Assembly (NCBI RefSeq): GCF_036365525.1
Contig: NC_090383.1
Span: 119,848,531-119,912,530 of the forward strand
Length of the DNA stretch: 64,000 nucleotides
Direction of reading: 5' to 3'
Origin: Heterodontus francisci
Taxonomy: Eukaryota
Shown piece by piece: positions 9,811 to 23,222 of the stretch. Position numbers and translations under genes: made by a program. The notes beneath the pieces are model-generated. The model did not search any database, was not told the DNA's origin, and saw only the letters and a program-made list of their open reading frames with translations. Positions within the stretch are counted from its first letter, which is position 1. Each line of letters opens with the position of its first letter.

Positions 9811-11338
9811 TAAACAGGTTGTGCAATTAAGAAGATATTTACTGTGTTTAGTATTTGTGGAACACTGTCTGTGAGGGCATTAAGTGGGTGGGATTGAGTC
9901 CAGTATTGGGTTTGTGGACAGCGCAGGATTGATTAGTGCTGTTTTCATTCCATGTTCTTGGAATCTTTGCTGTTTCTGTTGGATTCCCACAGCTGTTTAT
10001 TGTATACAAGGAGCCAAATTTTGTATATCATGATTGATCTGTGAGAGACTTAATAGAATTGTATAGACTAATATAATTGGAATAATCTGTATTCCAATTT
10101 CATGTATTGAGAAACTACCCAACCCCCACATGTTGTACCTGCCATAAAACAGAATGACTATTAAATACTGTTCTCATTGCCAGGTTTCCCCCTGTGTGGC
10201 TGGCTGTATCACTGAAGACTCTGTTTGGTTTAAAGAATACACCTGGTGTGAACACAGGACGAGCTGGAGTGGGTGAAAGGGAATGTTTTCCACCCTGTAC
10301 ACAAGAACTCATTCTCTTTTCAATTAGGAGACACCGCAGGCAATAGAGTTTTAGCGGTCAACCTTCTTCAGTGCAGCCCTTCAGAGAAACTAGTGCCTTT
10401 TTTTAATAATCTTGTTTTTGCACCTTACACTGTGGCCCCAGCACTGTGTGTAAGAGTTTTAACATTAACCCTGTATATTGCCGTGAAGGTCAATCCTAAT
10501 TCACTCACAATCAGGAATTCTGCAGCTCGAAAGATGTGATTTGTGTTAACTGGTGAATTTCTGCTTTATAAGTTGCATCCAGATTGAGGATGCAATGCAC
10601 TAACTTTTGTTCTGTTTGCTGAGAACTGTATTTGAACCATCCCAGTTAAAATGGGCTTTGTACGATGTGCACTATTGTGGACTCGTCGCACCTTATTCCC
10701 CTCCCTTGGGGCATGAAATAAGTTTGTAAAACTTTTTTTTAAAAAAAACAGTAGTGGAGGAAATTCTCCCTCACTCAGATTACCCTGGCAAGCTCTGGGA
10801 TAAAGGTCCAAATTAGAATAATGTTCAGTCCTGAGCATTTCGTTTTCCAAAGCGACATTCCCAATGTTGCAGTCACATGGAGCAATGTTGCTTAATTCCG
10901 TAAGTGTTAGATTATCTTCCTCTTTCTATACTGTGGGAATCGCTGCTACATTTTTATAATGTAGGAGGGAGCCAGTCTGTGTTAGGCCATTGCAAATCTA
11001 ATCCCACCGTCCTGCTCTCTCCCTAAAACCTTGCAGCTTCCTCTGTTTCAGATCTACTGTTTTCCAGAAAGGTGCAGTGGTCTTGAGCTAAAGCATTTCC
11101 TGCAGCAAAACATTGCAACAACCCTCTGCTCACTCTTAATGACTATTTCAACTGATGGCTCCTCAGCCAGAGGCTATAGTTTTTCCCAATTCAGCCTGCA
11201 GATGTTTTTTTTAAAACCTCATTATGTTTGCTCTGTTTTGAAGTGGGAGGGAGGAACTGAATTCATCTTCTGGCATTACTGGCATTGACTTAGTTTTTTT
11301 CACCCAATCTTCAGCACAGTTTGTGAATTGTAGAATTA

Positions 11339-11537
11339 GACCCAGTACTCCAGCTGTGGCTGTAATACAGTGACCCAGGTTGGACCCAGTACTCCAGCTG
11401 TGGCTGTAATACAGTGACCCAGGTTGGACCCAGTACTCCAGCTGTGGCTGTAATACAGTGACCCAGGTTGGACCCAGTACTCCAGCTGTGGCTGTAATAC
11501 AGTGACCCAGGTTGGACCCAGTACTCCAGCTGTGGCC
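11339..11537. repeat. 44-bp minisatellite, ~4.5 identical copies, seeded in a CR1 remnant
   Basis: Unit gacccagtactccagctgtggctgtaatacagtgacccaggttg; the minus strand reads LVWPQLEYWVQ, like the CR1 [11 protein letters not shown] motif. Confidence 0.93.
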
Positions 11538-12094
11538 ATACCAACACCTTGTGCAACAATCTTAATGCAGAAAAACTATCTATGGATATCACCTGGAATT
11601 TCAGCTCTATCCCAAGATCTTGTTAGTTAGCCTTACCAGTGTTGCACACAACTGTTGGACTTGCTGAGCTACCCATCAATACATCACACTCTCCTCCTAC
11701 ATTGTGTCATGCAACCTAGTGCTGCTTAGTTTATATTCCCATCCTGTAGTCTCATTATCTTGCATTATTTAGCACTCATAAGCCACCATTCAACCTATCA
11801 AATCCTAGTCTTCATGCTCTTTTAGGTTACCAGTCAGTTTTAAAATGGGATGTGGGTCCACATAGTGCAAATGATGGATTTAAAGTGTAACTTTGTGATC
11901 TTTTCCATTTTATAATTTATACTGTGTGAGAGGAAGGGACGAAATTTGTGTAGACTGTGAAAATCTCTTGGAGTGACTTTGCTCTGTTTTTGTATTCTTT
12001 GTAACTTTCCAAAGTAACTGAAATGCAAACTTCACTTTGCCATATGCTACTGTAACTGTCTGACTGTTGGGAATGAAGAGCAGGCATTGTTAAA

Positions 12095-13020
12095 CACTGC
12101 TGTAATGAATTTGGCCTAACCATCAGCCTCAAGAAAACGAACATCATGGGGCAGGACGTCAGAAATGCTCCATCCATCAATATTGGCGACCACGCTCTGG
12201 AAGTGGTTCAAGAGTTCACCTACCTAGGCTCAACTATCACCTGTAACCTGTCTCTAGATGCAGAAATCAACAAGCGCATGGGTAAGGCTTCCACTGCTAT
12301 GTCCAGACTGGCCAAGAGAGTGTGGGAAAATGGCGCACTGACACGGAACACAAAAGTCCGAGTGTATCAGGCCTGTGTCCTCAGTACCTTGCTCTACGGC
12401 AGCGAGGCCTGGACAACGTATGCCAGCCAAGAGCGACGTCTCAATTCATTCCATCTTCACTGCCTCCGGAGAATACTTGGCATCAGGTGGCAGGACCGTA
12501 TCTCCAACACAGAAGTCCTCGAGGCGGCCAACATCCCCAGCTTGTACACACTACTGAGTCAGCGGCGCTTGAGATGGCTTGGCCATGTGAGCCGCATGGA
12601 AGATGGCAGGATCCCCAAAGACACATTGTACAGCGAGCTCGCCACTGGTATCAGACCCACCGGCCGTCCACGTCTCCGTTTTAAAGACGTCCGCAAACGC
12701 GACATGAAATCCTGTGACATTGATCACAAGTCGTGGGAGTCAGTTGCCAGCGTTCGCCAGAGCTGGCGGGCAGCCATAAAGACGGGGCTAAAATGTGGCG
12801 AATCGAAGAGACTTAGTAGTTGGCAGGAAAAAAGACAGAGGCGCAAGGGGAGAGCCAACTGTGCAACTGCCCCGACAAACAAATTTCTCTGCAGCACCTG
12901 TGGAAGAGCCTGTCACTCTAGAATTGGCCTTCATAGCCACTCCAGGCGCTGCTTCACAAACCACTGACCACCTCCAGGCGCGTATCCATTGTCTCTCGAG
13001 ATAAGGAGGCCCAAAAGAAA
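12095..13020 (+). mobile_element. 5'-truncated RTE-clade (BovB-like) LINE with an uninterrupted ORF end
   Basis: ORF 12146-12967: FTYLGS, KVRVYQACVLSTLLYGSEAW, RLRWLGHV.RM...RIPK..LY.EL, C-terminal C2H2 finger CSTC...H...C. Confidence 0.92.
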
Positions 13021-13032
13021 CTGTTCCACTGT

Positions 13033-13270
13033 TAAGAACATAAGAAATAGGAGTAGGCTGAACTTTTACATCAAGCACTACCCCATAACCCCTTGATTCC
13101 TTAGTGCCAAAAAATGTATCGATCTGTGACTTGAATCTACTCAATGAGCATCCACTGCTCTGAGGTAGAGAATTCCAAAGATTCATAACCTCTGAGTGAA
13201 GAAATTTCTCCTCCTCTCAGTCCTAAATGGCCAAGCCCTTATCCTGAGATTGAGCCCTAGTTCTAGACTG
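13033..13270 (-). mobile_element. CR1 3' fragment
   Basis: taagaacataagaaataggag tail and NLWNSLPQ motif. Confidence 0.75.
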
Positions 13271-13324
13271 TTGGGAATGAGAGCAATTGGCTATACCACC
13301 CAGCAAGCCTCATTCCGTATATAA

Positions 13325-13453
13325 TAAAAGCAAAATACTGCTGATGCTGGAAATCTGAAATAAAAACAGAAAGTGCTGGAAAGACTCGGCAGGTCTGGCA
13401 GCATCTGTGGAGAGAACCAGAGTTAACGTTATAGGTCATGGACCCTTCTTCAC
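13325..13453 (-). mobile_element. Short Penelope-terminus-like repeat (copy 2)
   Basis: aaaagcaaaatactgctgatgctggaaatctgaaataaaaacagaaagtgctgg... matches 3043-3190. Confidence 0.65.
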
Positions 13454-13964
13454 AGCCTCATTCTGTATCGTGCCACTGTGTTGCTTCATTCCTTGTCCTT
13501 TTTTGTTTCATTAATACTTCTGGCTGTTCAATAGATTGTACTTGTCGTGCTCCAGTAAATAAACACTTGGTTAATTTGGATTTACTGTGTAAAGATATTT
13601 AGTAACTTAGATTCATTAACTTCTGCCTGTGCTGCTGAATGCTGTGCAGTGCAAGGCTGTCACTGTGCTGTATTACATGTTGCATACTGAGATTAGCATC
13701 TCTTCATAATGCTGTAGGACAGTCTGTGCTTTTATAGGCAATTTAATTGTTGCAATGTTTAATAAGCTTTATACTGTGAGGCCATTTCTTCTTCCTGTTG
13801 CAGTCTGTAATCTTGCTGTTCTGCAGGTCTCACCAACTGCTAATTTTTAAACCCTCTCTGTTCACACGGTACACGTCTGGATCTGAGGGTTAAGCTGGGA
13901 CTGCAGATACCATGGCCCAGTGTGTAAGCACCAGGTATCACAAACAGGGACAGGCGATCGAACC

Positions 13965-15115
13965 ATAAATGTTATTTACATGAACATCCAGAAGGAACTT
14001 GATAAAGTTCCTCATAAGAGACTGTTAGCTAAAGTTGAAGCTCATGGAATTGAGAGCAAATTATTGACCTGGTTTGTAAATTAGCTGTGTGACAGGAGAC
14101 AGAGAGTAGGGATAATGGGCAGGTATTTGGCAGCATGTGACTAGTGGTGTCCCACAGGATCTAGATTGAGGCCTCAACTGTTTACTGTTTTCATTAATGA
14201 CTTAAATGATGGGATAGAAAACCACATTTCCAAATTTGCCAATAACACAAAGGCGGCATTGTAATCCATGTAGATGGAAGTGTAAAACAAGAGATATTGA
14301 TGGATTAAGTGAATGGGCAAAACTGTGGCAAATGAATTTCAATGTAGGAAAATGTGAGATCATCCACTTTGGACCTAAACATAATAAAACTGTGTACTTT
14401 TTAAATGGTGAAAAGCTAGAAACAGTGGAGGTCCAAAGAGACTTGGAGGGCCAGGTACACAAATCATCAAAATGTCATTAACAGCTACAGAAAATAAATT
14501 AAAAAGTTTAATGGAATGCTGGCCTTTATATTTAGAGGACTGGAATGCAAGTGGGTAGAAGTCATGCTTCAGTTATACAAAGCCCTGGTTAGACCACACC
14601 TGGAGTTACTGGGAGCAGTTCTGGGCACCACACCTGAAGAAGGAGATATTGGACTTCGAGACAGTGCAGTGTAGATTTACCATAATGATAACTGGATTCC
14701 AAGAGTTAAATTATGAGATGAGAGTCTACAAACTAGGGTTGTATTCCCTGGAATTTAGAAGCTTAAGGGGTGATTTATTGAAATTTTCAAGATATTCAGG
14801 GGAACAGATAGCGTAGGTAGAGAGAAACTATTTCTGCCAGTTGGGAAGTGTAGACTAGGGAACATAGTCTAAAAATTAGAGCCAGACCTTTCAGGAGTGA
14901 AATTAGGAAACATTTCTACACACAAAGGGTGGTAAAAGATTTGAACTCTTTTCCTCGAACAGCGATTGATGCTGGATCCATTGTTTATTTTAAATCTGGG
15001 ATTGATAGATTTTTGTTAACCACATGTATTAAGGGATATGGGGCAAAGTTAGATAAATGGAGACTGGTCACACAACAGGCTGAAGGGGCTAAGTGACGTC
15101 CTCCTGTTCCTATGT
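13965..15115 (+). mobile_element. Degenerate CR1 LINE (RT to 3' end)
   Basis: Remnants of SGVPQGS, KFA, WQMNFNVGKCEIIHFG and LVRPHLE, plus CR1 tail. Confidence 0.85.
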
Positions 15116-15377
15116 AAAGGTTTTCCAATCAAATTGAAGTTTCTTGAACTTTGTAGCAGAGTGTGTTGAGGTTACCGAGGACCGGAGTGCAATGAATGCT
15201 CAAGCTATCTAACTACATGGAGATGAAGGTAATGCTTTAAATGTAGCTGCCTGTTTGAACAAAGGAATCCTGAGCTGACAGGAGTGCAGTGACTCCCCAA
15301 CACTGCTGTCCTCCGGTTTTCGGATCCTTCATCATTTGTGTGACCCTTTTTTGAAACAGAGATTCCCCATGCCCCCC

Positions 15378-15399
15378 CACACACACACACACACACACA
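15378..15399. repeat. (CA)n microsatellite
   Basis: Direct inspection. Confidence 0.9.
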
Positions 15400-17647
15400 G
15401 GGTTTCTGGATCTTTAAAATAATCTGATCCTGCCAACGCTTTTAGAGCAGATACCTGTTTTGCATCAACTGTACATTAACTGAGGAAACGTCTCTGCGGT
15501 TTGGGTTTTCGATTTCCTGTTTCTCAATAATCACGAAGCTGCTTTAAACCCTTTAATGGTCAGTCATAGGACAGGATTTTAATATCAAGGGCTCTTTGTG
15601 GTTGGCAAGGAAATGGAAGGATAATGTAAATATAGGCAGATTAGCTTCAATCTCCGCCCCCTGCCGGTTTAAAAAAAGTCGTGTGTCCCTTCATATAGTG
15701 ATAATCCTATTACTTTGTCAGAGGAAACTAGTTCAGTTGTTTCATGGTTTTGCTCGAACTGCCGTTTTTTGATGGCCATTATTTGGAAAGAATTGTCAAA
15801 TGCTACACCACAAAGGTGGTAATGGCCATATAGACTGAAGTTATCTTAAATCCAAGATTTAGTCTCAACAAGGGTCATGAACACAACTAAGCACAATTAG
15901 TATGGGCTGGGTTAGTATTCCAGTGCTGGACAGGCCTAGGTCTGTCATTTGGATGCTTTCATGGTGCCATTGCATTCAGTTGAGTAATGTTACTGAATTG
16001 GGTCAGTCATATCCTGATTAACTAAAGGCAAGATTTTTATTGCTAATTATGACTAACCTCATGAAAACCACAATGAATGAACAGATTTTCCAACATTTCA
16101 ATTTAGTTGCAGACTAGTTAGTTTCCAATTCAATTCCACAGTAAATAGTTTGCTTTGTTTTCCAGTCAGTCCAACATACAGATACACATCGAAGTTTGTC
16201 ATAGTATGATATAGTATGTCGACTGGGTTTGGAGATTGGCCTTGTGTGGCCTAGCTAATGCACTGAATGAATAGAACATAACTAGACTGAAGAGCTATTA
16301 GGTCATGATCACCTGGATAGTTATCTTCCGGAACCCTTGTATGTGCACGTGCCTGAGTGGAGTGACTTGCCTTCTTACTTTCTACTACTATCACTGTCCT
16401 GGTGAATGTCACTGATAGTGATGTCTATGCAGATCACACCAGTCTCTGCACCATAGTAATCTGTACAATAAACAACAGCCAAATGAAAGTACAGGCTATA
16501 GACTGAGTGAACAATGGTGTGTTGTCCACCCTGAGGAGATCACGACAGTAACTGTTGAAAGGTCGGACATGATGCTCTGTGCTTATTCAACTCTACAAGT
16601 GCCAAGCTTTCTTGAGTTAGGCATCTTAGCTCCAAACTATAATAGACCAAACAATGACTGGAAAAGCTGCACAACTAGGAATACTGAACAAAGCTGAGGC
16701 TACTCAACACTAAGCAATTCTGAGAGGTCTCAATCTGGTGGAATATTGTAGTCTGTTTGCAGAGTCGCCTTCACCTGGAGGTGATCAAGATTAGAACCAA
16801 GCGGATTACTGAAGGTAATGAGGATGGCTCACCCTGTGCTGGAGGACCATCTGTAACATACTGAGCAGCCTCCTCTATATAGTCACTGGGTGACATCTTC
16901 CAGTGTTCTCTGCCACCGTGGCCAGATTTATTCATTGTCTTCAACAGTAACCTGTTGTGCCTTGAAATAAATTTTAAATCAGCACCAGTTGTTGATTTGT
17001 ATTAAAATCAATTTAATGTGTTAAATAATTTAAAATAGTTTGATTTTATGTATTTTGAATAAAACAATAAAATGGTCGCAATCGATCTTGGTGTTGTGGA
17101 GGTGCGTTGGGTCTACAGCCTCATTGGAGAACATTGAAGGTGAATTTAGCAATTTAGCAGCATTGTCATCATCCTTTGCTCGGTATTTGCCAGTTCTCAA
17201 GTCCTTAACCTGCCTCTGAGTACACAGCTATCACCTGGCCTGAGCTTACCTATCAGTGGTCTGCATTCAGCAAACTAAGAAGCGCCTCTATCATTATGGG
17301 GGGAAAAAGTGCTTTCAAAAACTTTTTCCTCCTGTATTAGGAAACTCCCTGCACATCCCCTCATCAAACACTCCCACACAATGGGCTTGATACAGGTTAA
17401 AGCTCCCTCTTCTGTCCCAATAATGTGAGTTGAAATGTTTTTCTGTTCAGTTGTATGCTAGCTATCCAACCATTTATCTCCGATGTTGGAGTCTGGCCAA
17501 ACTGGTGACAAGTTATTATTCTGTCTGTGAGTTTGGGGGTATGACTGAGATGTCGACACAATATCTGCAGGAAGAGAGCTTGTTTCTGTGGTTCACATCT
17601 AGGGACTAGAGGCATAGTTTGGTACCTGTGCTGACATAGAGGATACA

Positions 17648-19315
17648 AGTAACATCCCAGAAATAGCTGTAAATCAGGAAATAGAAGGGAGGGAGGAACT
17701 CAAGAAAATTACAATCACCAGGCAAATGGTACTGAGCAAATTGTTGGAGCTGCGGGCTGACGAGTCCCCAGGATTTCATCCAAGGGTCCTAAAAGAAGTG
17801 GCTAGTGAGATAACTGCTGCATTGGTTTTAATTTTCCAAAATTGCCTAGGTTCGGGGAAGATTCCATTAGATTGGAAAATAGTGAATGTAACTCCTTTAT
17901 TCAAAAAGGAAGGGAGATAGAAAGCAGGAAACTACAGGCTAGTTAGCTGAACGTCAGTCTTGGGGAAGTGTTAGAAGCTATTATTAAAGATGTTATGGCA
18001 GGGCACTTAGAAAAATTCAAGGTAATCAGGCAGAGTCAACATGGTTTTGTGAAAGGGAAATCATGTTTAACCAATTTATTGGAGTTCTTTGAAGAAATAG
18101 CATGTTCTGTGGATAAAGGGGGACTGGTGGATATTCCATACTTAATTTCCAGAAGGCATTTGATAAGGTGCCACCTCAAAGGTTATTGTGGAAAATAAAA
18201 GCTCATGGTGTAGGGGGTAACATATTGACATGGATAGACGATTGGCTAGCTAACAGGAAACAGTAGGCATAAATGTGTCACTTTCTGGTTGGCAAGATGT
18301 AAAGAGTGGTGTGCCACAGGGATCTGTGCTGGGGCCTCAACTTTTTACAATTTATATCAATGACTTGGATGAAGGGACCGAAGGTATGGTCGCTAAATTT
18401 GCTGATGATACAAAGATAGGTAGGAAAGTAAGTTGTGAGGAGGACACAAGGAGGCTACAAAAGGATAGGTTAAGTCAGTGGAGCAAAGATCTGTCAAATG
18501 GATTCATATGTGGGAAAATGTGAAATTGTCCGTTTTGGCATGAAGAATAAAAAAGTATATTATCTAAATGGTGAGAGATTGCAGAGCTCTGAGATGCAGA
18601 GTGATCTGGGTGTCCTAGTGCATGAATCACAAAAGGTTAGTCTGCATGTTCAGCAAGTAATTAGGAAAGCTAATAGAATATTATCATTTATTGTGAGGGG
18701 AATTGAATACAAAAGTAGGGAGGTTATGCTTCAGCTACACAGGGCATTGGTCAGACCACATCTGGAGTACTGTGCATAGTACTGGTCTCCTTATTTAAGG
18801 AAGGATGTAAATGCATTGGAAGCAGTTCTGAGAAGGTTTACTAGACTAATACCTGGAATGGGCGGGCTGTCTTATGAGGAAAGGTTGGACAGTGTAGGCT
18901 TGTATCCGCTGGAGTTTAGATGAGTAAGATGTGACTTGATTGAAACGTATAAGATTCTGAGGGGTCTTGACAGGGTGGATGTGGAAAGGATGTTTCCCCT
19001 TGTGGGAGAATCTCGAACTAGGGGTCACTGTTTAAAAATAGGCGGTCGCCCATTTAAGTCAGAGATGAGAATTTTTTTCTGTGAGGGTCGTGAGGCTTTG
19101 GAACTCTTTTCCTCAAAAGGCAGTGGAAGCAGAATCTGTAAATATTTTTACGGCAGAGGTGGATAAATTCTTGATAAGCAAGGGGGTGAAAGGATATCGG
19201 GAGTAGGTGGAAATGTGGAGTCAACGTTACACTCCGATCAGCCATTATCTTATTGAATGGCGGAGCAGACTCAAGGGACCGAGTGCCCTACTCCTCCTCC
19301 TAACTTGTATGTTCT
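17648..19315 (+). mobile_element. CR1 LINE, 3' ~1.7 kb, frameshifted
   Basis: [61 protein letters not shown] and 3' tail. Confidence 0.93.
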
Positions 19316-19729
19316 CTGATCAGATCCTCACATCCTTCACCTGAACAAGAAGCTCAACGCCAGCACCAGTACTCCAAGCAGACCCCATGGGTGAATAGAT
19401 GGGTGAAGGGTTTAATACTCATGCTAATGGTACTGCCACACTCCCACTTTGAGCACACAGATGCAGAGTTCAGTTCTTTTACTGTGCCCAGGACTCGATG
19501 GTAGCTGTGTTTTATAACTATGATCAGAACTCCACATTCTGCAGGCAGATGATGAGCTCATTAATCACACCAAATTGCAGTAAAGCCAAGATATCCCAGT
19601 GGTACATATATTCACAGCAGTAAGTGGAGGAAGAGCTTAGTCTGTGCCCCCATCAGTGAATAGATGGAGTTCAATTAGAGAACATACCCTGTATAGCAAA
19701 ATCAGCACTGAACTTTACTCATTTCTTTG

Positions 19730-20100
19730 AAACAACAACTTATATTTATATTAGCTTCTTTAACATAGCAAAACATCCCAAGGCACTTCACTGGAGCGTC
19801 ATGAAGCAAAGTTTAACACCAACCCACAAAAGGCAGATAACATAAAGCTTAGGTCATAGAGGTAGATTTTAAGGACCATCTTAAAGAAGGAAAGTGAGGC
19901 AGAGATATTTAGGGAGGGAATTCCAGAGCTTAGGGCTTCTGCAGCTGAAGCCATGGCTGCCAATGCTGGAGAAGTTAAAATCAGGGATGTACGTGGCACC
20001 AGAATTGGAGGAGCACAGATATCTTGTCGGGCTGAGGGATGTTACTGGGATTGGAGGAGTGAGATTATGTGAGGGTTTGTAAACAAAGATGATAATTTTT
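19730..20100 (-). mobile_element. L2 LINE 3' fragment
   Basis: Begins with the aacaacaacttatatttat L2 tail (reverse complement); homologous to 20665-21050. Confidence 0.75.
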
Positions 20101-20664
20101 TGTTAAAAACTGAAATAACTTGTTGTTATGGAATATTTGGACTATTAGACAGAAGTTTGTTACATTCAGGGGATCAGATGGTCTATATTCTATATAGTCT
20201 ACATTCTGTTCCTGTGACCATTGTGTGTGTCAGGTTCTGATTTTTATAAGATTGCAGAATGTTCTAATTGCAGAATGTTCTAAAGCATAGGGTCAGATGT
20301 ACACTGGTTGTTGAAAGGCTTTCAGCCATCTTTCACCCATCATGGAAAAGTGGAAAGCTTTTAGAGTATGTGACTAACTCTTGGATTTTGTTCAGCCCAT
20401 GTATCTACGTCCCAAGATCTGTGCAAAGGGTGAATACAAGACTCGCCTGCACCTAACTCATTTAAAAGAGGAGTCTAACAAGATTGTCTACTTGTAATCA
20501 CCCATCCTATTTGATATCTTCACCCAAATTGTTGGATCAAATTCTAAAAGATTACTCTGGTGTACCTGTATGTAGGGCATCTCTGAAATGACTTCTTTTC
20601 AGAGGTGACGTTGAGTTATATCACCTATGGATATAATGCATTCTACTCACCTTCAATGTGGCTT

Positions 20665-21950
20665 CAACAACAACTTATTTATATAGTGCCTTTAACGTAA
20701 TAAAACGTCCCAAGGTGCCTTCCAGGAGCATTATAAAACAACTGAGCCATGAAAGGAGATATTACATCAGATGACCAAAAGCTTGATCAAAGAGGTAGGT
20801 TTTAAGGAGTGTCTGAAAGGAGGAAAGTGAAGTGGAGAGGCAGAGAGGTGTAGGAAGGATATGCCTGAGCTTGAGGCACAAGCAACTGAAGGTACAGCAA
20901 CCAATGGTGGAACAATTAAAGTCAGGGATAGACAGGAGGCCAGAACTAGAGAAGCACATATATCGTGGAGAATTATGGGGCTGGAGGAGATTACAGAGAT
21001 AAGGAGGGGTGAGGGAGGGGTTTGAAAACAAGGATTTTAAAATCAAGTCATTGCATAACTGGAAGCCAGTGTTGGGCAGCAAGCGTAGGGGTGATAGGGT
21101 AACGAGACTTGATGCAAGTTAAAACACAGACAGTAGAGTTTTGGATGACCTCAAGTTTACGGACAGTAGAATTTGAGAAGCCAGCCAGGAGTGTGTTGGA
21201 ATAGTCAAATCTAGAGTAACAAAGGCATGGATGAGAGCTTTAGCAGCCGATCAGCTGATACATGCAATGTTAGTGATGGCACGAATGTGAGGTTGGAAGT
21301 TCATCTTGGGGTCAAAATGTGATACTAAGGTTGCAAAGAGACTGGTTTAATCTCAGACTGTTGCCAGGGAGAGGAATGGAGTTGGTAGCTAGGGAACCAA
21401 AATCAAATAGCTTCAGTCTTCCCAAAACCTAATCGGAGAAAGTTTCTGCTGATCCAGCACTGGATGTTAGATAAACAGTCTGATAATTTAGCAGTGGTGG
21501 AGGAGTTAAGAGAAACGGTGGTGAGGTAGAGCTGAGTGTCATCAGCATACATGTGAAAACTAACACGGTGCTTTTAGATAATGTCGCTGAGGTGCAGCAT
21601 GTAGATAAGAAATAGCAGGGGGCCAAGGATAGGTCCTTGAGGGACACCAGAGGTAACAGTACAGGAGCTGGAAGAGAAGCCATTGCAAGTGATTCTCTGG
21701 CTATGATTGGATAGATGAGAATGGAACCAGGTGAGTGCAGTCCCACCCAGCTGGATGACTGTGGAGAAGCGTGGGAGGAGGATGGTGTGGTCAACTGTGT
21801 CAAAGGCTGCAGACAATTCGAGAAGGATGAGGAGAGAAAGTTTACCTTTGTCACAGTCACGCAGGATGTCATTTGTGACTTTGATAAGAGCTATTTCAGC
21901 ATGTGGCGGGGCGGAAACCTGATTGGAAGGATTTAAACATGGAGTTCTGG
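20665..21950 (-). mobile_element. L2 LINE (RT to 3' end)
   Basis: SAAFDTVDHTILL, GVPQGPILGPLLFLIYM, YADD-region remnant, and caacaac tail. Confidence 0.9.
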
Positions 21951-22629
21951 GAGTTTCAAATGCAATAACACTTCACTTTGCTGAAATGTGGAACATCAAA
22001 AGGTGTCAAAATTTCCTTAGTGGGGTGAGGCAGCATTCCCTTTGGCCCCCAGAAAAATATAATTGTGTACCATCAGAACTCACTGCCACTTTCAAGATCT
22101 TGTGACTCAAATTTTTTTCCCTTATAACAGCTTGTTTGCTGATATTGCTCCAATTGATGTCATGACATCTTCATGTCCCATCACACTCCCTGTATAAATA
22201 ATTAATTACTTGTCCTAAGTGAGATCATTGGCTTTCAGTTTTCACAGAAAAATTGAGTTGCAGAATTTGTTGCAAAAACACCAATAAAAATCCTGAAATC
22301 TAACAAAACAGAAAGCAATAAAAATATTCAGTCACTGTGAAACTGTCTCCTCTGTCCTAAATCTTTATTCAGCAATGTTTTTAGTTCCATGTTAACTTTT
22401 GAATTCTCAGCTTTTTGAAAGCTGTTTGTCAGCATTTATGAAATGTATAACTTAGCTTGTATGAGGAACTGAATTGAACTTGAGTAAGTACATTTCACTT
22501 AAATCACATACAGGCACAGAGAGAGAAAATGGTCACTTCATCATGTATCCGATTCAAACCCAGGTCCCATAGGTAAAGAGAGAGTAAGAAATGCACTAAT
22601 AATTGATCTTTGATGATCCATTATCTATC

Positions 22630-23052
22630 AGCTGCTGAAAACCACATCCATACCTCGACTTCAGAATTCTAATACTCTCCCAGTTAGCCTCCCACCTTTC
22701 ACCCTTCATAAAATTGAGCTCATCCAAAACTCTACCACTGATTTACATCAAGCCCCATTTGCCCATCTTCTCTGTGCTACATTGCCTCCAGGTCCAGCAA
22801 TGCTTCAATTTTAAAATTCTCATCCTTGATTTCAAATCCCTCCATGGCCTTGTCCCTCCCTATCTCTGTAATCTCTTTCAGTCCCAAAACCCTCCGAAAT
22901 CTCTGCGTTCCTCCAATTCTGCCTCTTGGCCATCCTCGATTTCCATCGCTCCACCATTGGCGGCTGTGCCTTCAGCTGCCTGGGCCCTAAACTCAGTAAT
23001 TCCTTCCATAACCCTTTCCGTCTCACTTCTTCTCTCTCCTCCTTTAAAATGC
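22630..23052 (+). mobile_element. L2 LINE 3' fragment
   Basis: LHCL...FKILIL.FKSLHGL.PPYL...LRSS motif in ORF 22714-23082. Confidence 0.8.
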
Positions 23053-23222
23053 TCAGAATCACAGAATTGTTATAGAACATAAGGAGGCCATTAGGCCCGT
23101 CGTGTCTGCTCTGGCTCTCCAAAGGAGGAATTTACCAAATGCCATTCCCCCGCCTTCTCCCCGTAACCCTGCACATTCTTCCTTTTCAGATAACAATCCA
23201 ATTCCCTTTTGAATACCTCGAT

